Assembly: GCA_026625185.1 (NCBI GenBank) | Contig: CP113000.1 | Span: forward strand, 495,622 to 527,621 | DNA: 32,000 nucleotides | Direction: 5' to 3' | From: Thermodesulfobacteriota bacterium | Lineage (GTDB): Bacteria; Desulfobacterota; WTBG01; JAGOGO01 | In this document: positions 8,189-15,029 of the stretch, piece by piece | Position numbering within the stretch: the stretch's first letter is position 1 | Layout of the letters: every line of letters begins with the position of its first letter | Notes under the pieces: generated by a model | The model's input: the letters and a program-made list of their open reading frames with translations, nothing else | The model's database searches: none | Told to the model about the DNA's origin: nothing | Made by a program: the position numbers and the translations under genes

Positions 8189-8268
8189 CCAGGGGGGTTA
8201 AATTCTATAATTCCATTAATTCTATTCAGCCGCCCGTTAAATTTGTGGCTGATATTTTAGGAGGGTAA
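8158..8268 (+). CDS. possible 36-aa upstream ORF (MVCKFDFSASPRGVKFYNSINSIQPPVKFVADILGG)
   Basis: The ATG is preceded by ggaggg with a 6-nt spacer. Its stop (8266-8268) lies inside the SD of the downstream protease gene. 'KFDFSAS' is also encoded in the second repeat copy, but without a start codon. Confidence 0.3.
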   Translation: MVCKFDFSASPRGVKFYNSINSIQPPVKFVADILGG

Positions 8269-8273
8269 CAACC

Positions 8274-8894
8274 ATGACTCTTATCATTGCAGCTATTTGT
8301 AGGGATGGGGTACTAATCAGATCCGATAAAAGAAGAAAAGTCATGAACTCATCAGGGGAGATTATATACTATGACGATATGGACAAAGTTTTCGTCTCTG
8401 CAGATAAAAGAACTATTATCTACAATCACGGAATCAACGTAATCAAAGGCAAGTCGTGGTATGACCTTGCTATCAGAGCAGAAAATGCAATAAGGAAAGA
8501 AAGTGCTGATGATATCGATACAGCACTTAACAAAGTCGAAAACACCATATCGGCTGAAGTGCTTGCCGAAATATCAAATAATCAACTCGACGATTTCTGT
8601 GCATTTGTAGTGATTCTCAAGACGAGCGGAAACCAGTGGCAGGCAAAGGATATTTCTTGGAAACGTGGAGAAGGCGTCAAAAAGACTCCCCTCGGAAGGA
8701 TCATTTTATCAGGCTCAGGTGAAAAATACATCAAACGGGACAAAAAATGGTGGAATAACAATTACTGGGCATCCCTTAGTATGGACGAAGCCAAAGGGCA
8801 GATTGAAAGGCTTTACTCGATGGCTATCAAAAATCAAAACAACGCTCAAGGAGACGAATTCTCATCGTCATTTAATGATGTGATGGTAACTTGA
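8274..8894 (+). CDS. stand-alone proteasome-beta/HslV-like Ntn (Thr) hydrolase
   Basis: Strong SD aggaggg. 'M-TLIIAAICRDGVLIRSDKR' puts Thr at position 1 after Met removal and Asp at 17. 'DKVF' supplies the Lys (about position 37), and 'ILSGSGEKY' matches the GSG motif of proteasome beta subunits. No alpha-subunit or ATPase partner is adjacent. Confidence 0.6.
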   Translation: MTLIIAAICRDGVLIRSDKRRKVMNSSGEIIYYDDMDKVFVSADKRTIIYNHGINVIKGKSWYDLAIRAENAIRKESADDIDTALNKVENTISAEVLAEISNNQLDDFCAFVVILKTSGNQWQAKDISWKRGEGVKKTPLGRIILSGSGEKYIKRDKKWWNNNYWASLSMDEAKGQIERLYSMAIKNQNNAQGDEFSSSFNDVMVT

Positions 8895-9016
8895 CCCAAC
8901 AAAATGATTGGGTTGACCTTGCCCTACTCGGTAATTGTCTTTTAGTGGTTGTGCAAGACGAAAGAAATAACCCCCTTGAAACAGAAGTTCGAGGATTACA
9001 CATTTAATACAAACCC

Positions 9017-9082
9017 AAAAAAAATTTTGGCGCATTGAGGAGGGCTCATATAGGCCCGGCAAATTCGATTTTTCGGCATCCC
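9017..9082 (+). repeat. 65-bp repeat, copy 2
   Basis: See 8124-8188. The ATG of the small ORF is ATA here and the reading frame is shifted. Confidence 0.7.
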
Positions 9083-9102
9083 GCCCTCTTTTTCGGCAAC
9101 AA

Positions 9103-9159
9103 CTAACAACCTGAAAGTCAGTCCAAGCGAAAAAAATAAAATTTTGATTGTTTTTTAGC
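9103..9159 (+). repeat. degenerate attC-like site (family-1-like)
   Basis: CTAACAAC (9103-9110), hairpin ctga-aag-tcag, then ttgattGTTttttAGC (9148-9159), which resembles cattGTTAGC with a T-run insertion. Confidence 0.3.
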
Positions 9160-9304
9160 CTTTTACGATTTAATATTTAAAAACATTTGGCCCTCGGATT
9201 ATTTGCGGAAACCTTATGCAAGGCTAATGAAATAAAACCATGGCGCTTCACTACTTGGGTTTTAGATCAGTATAAAAATTGCTGGGGGGTGTTGGAGACA
9301 ATAT

Positions 9305-10369
9305 ATGTCGAAACACAGGCGGTTGAAAAATTTTATACCTGCTCCAAAGCAGGTTGTATCTACCGTAGTGCCTAAGATTAACATGGTTGAGTCATTATAT
9401 GATTCGATCATTGAAGGCAATGAGTATGGAAGCATTGTTTCCGTAATTCCAAAGCCAGAGATTGATCTCATTGATGAAATTATTAAAGGCCTTAAAGCTG
9501 TACAATTCATTAGGTTACGACCTTGTTTGGCTTATATTGGGAATGTGATCCGATCTGATGACTATTCAGGCATTGTAACAGCGGATGATTTGCCATTTGC
9601 CGAAATGATAAAAGGAGTTCCCAAAGATACCGAAAGCGTAGATGTCTTTCTTGCAACGATGGGTGGCTCCGCTCATCAGGTAAGCAGATTTGTAAATTTC
9701 TTACGGGCACGATTTAAAGAAGTAGACTTCCTTGTCCCATCATTCTGTATGAGTGCTGGCACTCTATTTGCTCTTTCGGGTGATCATATTTGGATGAATC
9801 CTACTGCTTGCCTTGGTCCTATCGATCCACAAGTGCCCACAAAAGATGGAAGATTCGTCCCAGCACAGGCTTTGCTTCTTCTCATTAGCCAATTACAAGA
9901 ACAAGGCGATGAAGCTTTAAAGAACAAGGGGGCAGTGCCATGGACAGCTGTACGAATTATCGACAGCCTCGACAAGAAAGAATTGGGTGACGCAATTACT
10001 GCCTCGACCTATTCCATTACAATGGCAACCCAATTCCTTATTCAGTACAAATTCAAAAATTGGCAAACTAGGGAAACAAGCCAAATACCCGTCACGGATC
10101 AATATAGGCAAACTCGAGCTTTTGAAATCGCGTCAGCTCTAGCTGCACATGATCGATGGAAAAACCATGGACATTCCATCTCAAGAGATGTATTATGGAA
10201 TGAGATAAAGCTCCAGATTGACCACCCATCACCGGACTTGGAGAAGGCGATATCTAAGCTGTGGGCTCTATTTTTTTGGGTTTTTGACAAAACTCCAATT
10301 ATTAAACTAATAGTCTCGGAAAATTATCGTTTTGCTCGGCATTCCATCATTTTGGAGAAGAAACTATGA
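9305..10369 (+). CDS. SDH-family (serine dehydrogenase proteinase) ClpP/crotonase-fold serine protease
   Basis: 354 aa, SD ggaga. 'VDVFLATMGGSAHQVSRFVNFLRARFKEVDFLVPSFCMSAGTLFALSGDHIWMNPTACLGPIDPQV' matches the SDH/SppA-like core, including the nucleophile Ser in 'MSAGT'. Confidence 0.7.
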   Translation: MSKHRRLKNFIPAPKQVVSTVVPKINMVESLYDSIIEGNEYGSIVSVIPKPEIDLIDEIIKGLKAVQFIRLRPCLAYIGNVIRSDDYSGIVTADDLPFAEMIKGVPKDTESVDVFLATMGGSAHQVSRFVNFLRARFKEVDFLVPSFCMSAGTLFALSGDHIWMNPTACLGPIDPQVPTKDGRFVPAQALLLLISQLQEQGDEALKNKGAVPWTAVRIIDSLDKKELGDAITASTYSITMATQFLIQYKFKNWQTRETSQIPVTDQYRQTRAFEIASALAAHDRWKNHGHSISRDVLWNEIKLQIDHPSPDLEKAISKLWALFFWVFDKTPIIKLIVSENYRFARHSIILEKKL

Positions 10370-10605
10370 TTGAAAAAAATCTCCTAATGCAGCTCGGTTG
10401 GTCGGAAGACCTTATAGATGAAGTAACTAGGGTCTCCAACGAACTTTCGCGAAGCCAACCCTCGCTACCTCAAATCGGACAGACTCCATCGGCTCTTTAC
10501 TCCGACACTTGTGATTCACTTTTCTATAATAGCGACCAATCAAACACAACCGATCAGCTGATTTCGGCCCATAGAAGCCAGATCAAACCATCTCACGGTG
10601 CATAA
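10366..10605 (+). CDS. hypothetical 79-aa protein, translationally coupled to the SDH protease
   Basis: The ATGA overlap with the upstream stop (10366-10369) indicates coupling. The sequence is Ser/Gln/Thr-rich and probably disordered after an N-terminal helix. No recognisable domain. Confidence 0.45.
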   Translation: MIEKNLLMQLGWSEDLIDEVTRVSNELSRSQPSLPQIGQTPSALYSDTCDSLFYNSDQSNTTDQLISAHRSQIKPSHGA

Positions 10606-10724
10606 TGGGCGATCAGCTGGGAAGATAATTTGTTTTCTCATAACGCGTGACCGCGATTCATACCAGCAGGATTTCTATAGACACTGCGTAGAATTTCACA
10701 TACTATCAAAGAGAAGCCAAACAC

Positions 10725-10782
10725 TTATAAGGCCTCCCATTTTCAGGAGAAAAGAATTCTCCTAAAAGCAAAAGGAGGGAGG
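10725..10782 (+). repeat. type-2 repeat / attC-like remnant
   Basis: ttataaggcctccc(a)tt(t)tca(g)gagaaaa matches 8072-8100. Perfect inner hairpin aggagaa-aagaa-ttctcct. cctccc is complementary to gggagg (10776-10782). Confidence 0.35.
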
Positions 10783-10858
10783 AAACTTGCCAAATCGGAA
10801 TGGGCGTTTTTAGCTATTTCTGGCTAATTTTATATATTTTTGCAGGACTAAAGGCCTT

Positions 10859-11131
10859 TTATCTTTTTTCTCCTCTTTCGGTTGCCCCTTCAGTAGACTT
10901 TTCAGTCGCTGCTTCCAGCCTCTCTATTGCTTTCTCTACTTCTGCCCGTTTTTCTTCAGGAATAAGCCCCCGCTTCGAGCTTGCTTACCAAAAGTAGTTT
11001 CATCAAGCGGTTATCTATATGAACCTCTTGGGCAACTTCACTCTCTACTTTATTTATCTTCGGTGCCCCAGCACTATCCAATATGCTTTTAGCATTCGTT
11101 AACTGAATAGCTTCAATTTTCGAATCCCCTC
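10859..11131 (-). pseudogene. frameshifted C-terminal gene fragment of unknown family
   Basis: The minus strand reads ...GDSKIEAIQLTNAKSILDSAGAPKINKVESEVAQEVHIDNRLMKLLLVSKLEAG. It then continues in the +1 frame as LIPEEKRAEVEKAIERLEAATEKSTEGATERGEKR*. No start codon is present. Confidence 0.3.
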
Positions 11132-11405
11132 ATAAATTTCCAACCTGTGTAAAATTGGTCTAGTCAAACTCAAACGAAAAGTGTGCCTGGGGTCTTAGGG
11201 GGGTCTACACCCTTGTAGAAACTAGTCCCTTGAAGAAGAGTAGTGCCGGTGAGAATAGAGCCCTTTGTTGAGGTAATGGTATGAGTACTGGCCTGACTAC
11301 TTTTCAGTTTGTTACACAAAAAAAGTGGGGACAATGTGGGGACAAAATTGGTTGGGAAACAAAAAAGGACTTGGCTGTATCTAGCTAAGTCCTTAATTTT
11401 GTTAA

Positions 11406-11479
11406 CGCGCCCAGGGTGACTCGAACACCCAACCTACGGATTCGTAGTCCGGTACTCTATCCAATTGAGCTATGGGCGC
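11406..11479 (-). tRNA. tRNA-Arg (anticodon ACG)
   Basis: The reverse complement folds as a cloverleaf: acceptor GCGCCCA/TGGGCGC, D-loop AATTGGATA, anticodon loop CT-ACG-AA, T-arm GGGTG-TTCGAGT-CACCC, discriminator G. CCA is not encoded. There is one C/T mismatch at the top of the anticodon stem. Confidence 0.93.
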
Positions 11480-11545
11480 AAAAAAATTAATTTATAATAA
11501 CATTTTTTACCCTTTTCGTCAATATCTTATTCAAAGATATTTTCC

Positions 11546-11917
11546 TCAGCCTTTTCTTTGATAAAACCTAAGGATTAAAAGTCCATAGATGATGATATTG
11601 ATAGTCAATACAAAGACTCCCAAGGTAACCTGCAAACTTCGGGTTAGTTCCTGAGGGTAAATCAAAGGAAAAATATAGTGTTCGATAAACCCCTCCTGAA
11701 AGGCATGTGCTCCGTTTTGTTTTAACAGCCAGGTTTCAAGGTAGGTAAGCGGGCAAATCCATCCGGCGAATTCGATTAAGGCAGCCCATAAAAAAGCCGG
11801 GACATGGATCCAGGCCAGTCGCTTCCATTTTAACGCCAAAAATCCACCTAAAACCGCGAATAAAACAAAAACGAAATGAAGCGCCATAACGAAATCAGCC
11901 AGAACCCGGAAAAGCAT
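11546..11917 (-). CDS. DUF2784-family membrane protein
   Basis: 123 aa with 4 TM helices. 'HFVFVLFAVLGGF ... WIHVPAFLWAALIEFAGWICPLTYLE' fits the DUF2784 pattern (CPLT motif). Confidence 0.6.
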   Translation of the reverse strand: MLFRVLADFVMALHFVFVLFAVLGGFLALKWKRLAWIHVPAFLWAALIEFAGWICPLTYLETWLLKQNGAHAFQEGFIEHYIFPLIYPQELTRSLQVTLGVFVLTINIIIYGLLILRFYQRKG

Positions 11918-12023
11918 TTTCTAACCCTTTTTTTGCCGGTGTAGATACCCACGGACTTACCTCCCGTGGCAATTAAAAAAATAAACCGCCTTGTGGCTTG
12001 AAGCAGAGCATCAAGAACCTATT

Positions 12024-12133
12024 TTGTCATTCCGTGCTTGAGTGAGCTTGCCCCGTACTTGATACGGGGGAATCTATTTCGGATTTCTGGATTTCGGCTC
12101 TAGTGCCCTTCAGGGTATCCGCCGGAATGACAA
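12024..12133. repeat. 110-bp palindromic intergenic element
   Basis: 11-bp perfect terminal inverted repeat ttgtcattccg (12024-12034) / cggaatgacaa (12123-12133). Internal hairpin ccccgta-cttga-tacgggg (12051-12069). Tandem atttcgg motifs at 12076 and 12091. Confidence 0.6.
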
Positions 12134-12208
12134 ACTCGCTGGAAGCAAGGGGATACAATTAGAAAAAATTATTTAATGTTAAACTAATTCCGAATTTTTC
12201 ATTATTTA

Positions 12209-12237
12209 TTGACTTTGTTTTGCAGGTATTTTATCAT
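12209..12237 (+). promoter_or_regulatory. putative sigma-70 promoter of recA
   Basis: TTGACT (12209-12214), 17-nt spacer, TATCAT (12232-12237). This is ~75 nt upstream of the recA ATG. The palindrome AGGAA-ttatt-TTCCT (12266-12280) lies between the promoter and the SD. Confidence 0.45.
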
Positions 12238-12313
12238 ATTTTAATTTAATTTGTCTTCAGCGGGCAGGAATTATTTTCCTAAAACTTGTTTTTTTGATAT
12301 GAGGAGGGATTTA

Positions 12314-13351
12314 ATGTCAACTAATTTCGATCGTACCAAAGCGGTTGACCTGGCTCTTTCCCAGATAGAGCGCCAGTTCGGTAAAGGTTCGATTATGCGG
12401 CTGGGCAGTGACGCTCCGGTAATCAAGGTCCCGGTAATCTCAACGGGTTCTTTGGGATTGGACGTTGCTTTGGGAGTAGGAGGGCTTCCCCGGGGGAGGG
12501 TGGTTGAGATTTTTGGGCCTGAGTCATCAGGCAAGACCACGCTTGCTCTGGAGGTGATTGCTGAGGCACACAAGCAAAACGGCATTGCCGCTTTTGTTGA
12601 TGCTGAGAATGCTCTGGATGTCGGGTATGCCCGAAGTTTGGGGGTAAAAACCGATGATTTGCTTATCTCCCAACCGGATACCGGCGAGCAGGCCTTAGAA
12701 ATTTCCGAGGTTTTAATAAGAAGCGGGGGTATTGATGTTCTGGTCATTGATTCGGTCGCAGCCTTAGTGCCCCGGGCTGAACTCGAAGGCGACATGGGGG
12801 ATTCTCACATGGGGCTGCAGGCCCGGCTTATGTCGCAGGCCCTAAGAAAGCTTACATCCGCCATCAGCAAGTCAAAGACGATTATGATCTTTACCAACCA
12901 AATCCGGATGAAAATCGGAGTGTTTTTCGGGAACCCGGAAACCACGACCGGTGGCAATGCTCTTAAATTTTACTCTTCAGTGCGGCTTGATATCCGCCGG
13001 ACGGGAGCCATAAAAGCCGGAGAAGACGTGATCGGGAGCCGCACCCGGGTAAAGGTGGTAAAGAACAAGCTGGCCCCGCCTTTTCGGGAAGCAGAATTTG
13101 ATATTATCTATGGCGAGGGTATTTCACGGGCGGGTGAAGTGGTTGATATGGGAGTGGATAAAGGAATTATCGAAAAAAGCGGCACTTGGTATTCCTATAA
13201 AGGAGAGCGGGTTGGACAAGGCCGGGAGAATGCCAGAAAGTTCCTGCAAGGAAATCCCGAACTGGAAGAGAAAATTACTCAGGAGATTCGCAATAAACTC
13301 GGCTTAGATAATGTGGTGGATACCAAGCCGGAAGAAGGGGAAGAGGAGTAA
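12314..13351 (+). CDS. recA: recombinase RecA
   Basis: I prefer the ATG at 12314 (SD gaggaggg at 12301-12308) over the listed 12251 start. Walker A '[12 protein letters not shown]', 'VIDSVAAL', '[11 protein letters not shown]' and '[19 protein letters not shown]' are all canonical RecA blocks. Confidence 0.97.
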   Translation: MSTNFDRTKAVDLALSQIERQFGKGSIMRLGSDAPVIKVPVISTGSLGLDVALGVGGLPRGRVVEIFGPESSGKTTLALEVIAEAHKQNGIAAFVDAENALDVGYARSLGVKTDDLLISQPDTGEQALEISEVLIRSGGIDVLVIDSVAALVPRAELEGDMGDSHMGLQARLMSQALRKLTSAISKSKTIMIFTNQIRMKIGVFFGNPETTTGGNALKFYSSVRLDIRRTGAIKAGEDVIGSRTRVKVVKNKLAPPFREAEFDIIYGEGISRAGEVVDMGVDKGIIEKSGTWYSYKGERVGQGRENARKFLQGNPELEEKITQEIRNKLGLDNVVDTKPEEGEEE

Positions 13352-13375
13352 TTAAAAACCCTTGAAGGAGTAATC

Positions 13376-14545
13376 ATGCAATTTCAGGAGATCTTGAAAA
13401 CGGCACTAAGTAAAGGGGCATCGGATGTTCACCTTAAAGTGGGGGTCCCGCCGATTTTGCGGATTGACGGACTGTTGCGGGCTATGAAAGAAGCCAGCCG
13501 CCTTTCTCCCGAAATGACAAAAGAGATCGCCTACGCAATTATGAGTGAACGTCAGAAGGCACGTTTCCAGGAGGCTAATGAAGTTGACATTTCTTATGCG
13601 ATACCGGGATTAGGACGGTTTCGGGTAAATATATTTATGCAGCGAGGTTCGGTTTCCCTGGCGTTAAGAGCAATCCCCCATAAGATCCCCAATATTGAAG
13701 AGCTGTTGCTTCCCAAAGTGATTGAAAAAATAGCGATGGAACGGAGGGGGCTGATCCTGGTAACCGGAACTACCGGAAGCGGCAAGTCAACGACGTTAGC
13801 ATCGATGGTAAACCATATTAATAATTACCGGAATGCCCATGTTATTACGATCGAAGATCCCATTGAGTTTCTCCATCGGGATAAAAAAAGTATCATTAAC
13901 CAGAGAGAGGTAGGAGAAGACACCCCTTCGTTCAACAACGCCCTCCGGGTGGCTTTGCGTCAGGACCCGGACGTGATTCTGGTGGGAGAAATGCGGGATT
14001 TGGAAACCATCGAGACAGCGATCTTGGCGGCGGAAACCGGGCATTTGGTTATGAGCACGCTTCACACCCTTGACGCCACCGAAACCATCAACCGAATCAT
14101 CGCAGTGTTCCCTCCTTTCCAGCAGGAACAAATCCGCCTTGAACTCGCGTCGATTCTTAAGGGAATTATTTCGCAGCGGTTAATGCAGAAATCAGACGGC
14201 GTTGGCCGGGTTCCGGCGGTTGAGGTATTAGTCGCCACTGCCCGGGTGAAGGAGTATATTACCGATAAAAACCGAACCAAGGAGATTGGGGAGGCGATTG
14301 CCGAAGGCCACGTTCAATACGGTATGCAGACTTTTGACCAGTCTCTCATGGCCTTGCTAAGTCAAAACCTCATCACCTATGCAGAAGCCCTTAATCAAGC
14401 AACTAATCCTGATGACTTTGCTCTGAAAGTCAGCGGTGTTTCTTCTACCAGCGACACGACCTGGGATAACTTTACGGCAGGAGCGGAAAAAGGGGAAGAA
14501 GCGATGGAGATTGACCAGAGCGAGTCAGGCTTTGAGTGGGAATAA
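13376..14545 (+). CDS. pilT: type IV pilus twitching-motility ATPase PilT
   Basis: Walker A 'GTTGSGKSTTLASM', Asp/Walker B box 'DPDVILVGEMRD', His box 'GHLVMSTLHT' and N-terminal 'GASDVHLKVGVPP'. There is an acidic ~35-aa C-terminal tail. Confidence 0.9.
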   Translation: MQFQEILKTALSKGASDVHLKVGVPPILRIDGLLRAMKEASRLSPEMTKEIAYAIMSERQKARFQEANEVDISYAIPGLGRFRVNIFMQRGSVSLALRAIPHKIPNIEELLLPKVIEKIAMERRGLILVTGTTGSGKSTTLASMVNHINNYRNAHVITIEDPIEFLHRDKKSIINQREVGEDTPSFNNALRVALRQDPDVILVGEMRDLETIETAILAAETGHLVMSTLHTLDATETINRIIAVFPPFQQEQIRLELASILKGIISQRLMQKSDGVGRVPAVEVLVATARVKEYITDKNRTKEIGEAIAEGHVQYGMQTFDQSLMALLSQNLITYAEALNQATNPDDFALKVSGVSSTSDTTWDNFTAGAEKGEEAMEIDQSESGFEWE

Positions 14546-15029
14546 AAAAAATTTTTATGGAGGTCTGGACGAGGGAGAACAACTGAAAAAGGCAAAAGGA
14601 ATCGCCCTTAGATTACTTGCCCTCCGGCCTCGGAGTTGTAAAGAAGTTTCGGGGAAGCTCGTTCAAAAAGGTTTTCTCCCTTCGGTAATAGAAAATGTCG
14701 TGGTCTATCTTATTGACTATGGTTATCTCAATGACCAAAAATTTGCCCAAGCATTGGCGGTGCATTTATTAGAGAATAAAAAGTTTGGCTTTGCCCGGAT
14801 TGGGGCGACTCTCAAGGAACGTGGGTTATCTCCGGAATTGGCAAAAGCAACGATTTCTCATTTACAACAAAATTATTCCGAAGAAAAAACCGCCCTCCAG
14901 ATTATGAAGAGGCGGTTTTCCAATTTTAATGCGCTTCGGGCCACCCCGAAAGACAAAAACCGTATTATCCAGTTTTTGAGGCGCAGGGGATTTTCCTGGG
15001 AAACTATTTCGGATGTGTTGATGATATGA
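14532..15029 (+). CDS. recX: recombination regulator RecX (start uncertain)
   Basis: 'KGIALRLLALRPRSCKEVSGKLVQKGF' plus repeated three-helix modules, positioned next to the recA operon and alaS. The listed ATG at 14436 would overlap pilT by 110 nt. The in-frame TTG at 14532 gives 165 aa. Confidence 0.75.
   Translation: MSGNKKNFYGGLDEGEQLKKAKGIALRLLALRPRSCKEVSGKLVQKGFLPSVIENVVVYLIDYGYLNDQKFAQALAVHLLENKKFGFARIGATLKERGLSPELAKATISHLQQNYSEEKTALQIMKRRFSNFNALRATPKDKNRIIQFLRRRGFSWETISDVLMI

Larger units (their letters stand above)
3296..10782 (+). mobile_element. integron-type gene cassette array 1 (no intI/attI in window; CALIN-like or distal part of a chromosomal integron)
   Basis: All genes are on the + strand. 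Each gene or gene pair is followed by an imperfect palindrome with ...AAC on the left arm and GTT... on the right arm. The next gene starts 15-90 nt after the GTT core with its own SD. Neighbouring cassettes differ visibly in GC. Confidence 0.6.

Noticed and set aside
8032-8268. 78-aa + ORF as a whole
   Set aside because: Its first two-thirds overlap the end of the methyltransferase gene and read through the attC-like repeat. Only the last 36 codons, which have their own SD and ATG, are kept as a tentative mini-ORF.
9187-9375. 62-aa + ORF upstream of and overlapping the SDH protease start
   Set aside because: It is out of frame with the protease gene, has no SD and has a low-complexity sequence. 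The ATG at 9305 with a GGAGA SD explains the region.
10800-10997. 65-aa + ORF (MGVFSYFWLILY...)
   Set aside because: Its Ser/Phe-rich sequence is antisense to a more protein-like, though frameshifted, minus-strand fragment. It is probably non-coding.
12140-12313. Canonical SOS/LexA box upstream of recA
   Set aside because: No CTGT-N8-ACAG or GAAC-N4-GTTC is present. Only the unassigned AGGAA-N5-TTCCT palindrome was noted.
12271-12795. 174-aa minus-strand ORF
   Set aside because: It is fully antisense to recA, with a Ser/Pro/Thr-rich low-complexity translation, which marks it as a shadow ORF. The same reasoning applies to the minus ORFs inside pilT, alaS, glmU, glmS and the McrC-like gene (e.g. 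2016-2536, 13796-14131, 16523-17244, 21589-22299).
14436-14531. Listed ATG start of the recX ORF
   Set aside because: It would overlap pilT by 110 nt and add a basic, non-conserved-looking N-terminus. I trimmed the gene to the in-frame TTG at 14532, but the start remains uncertain.
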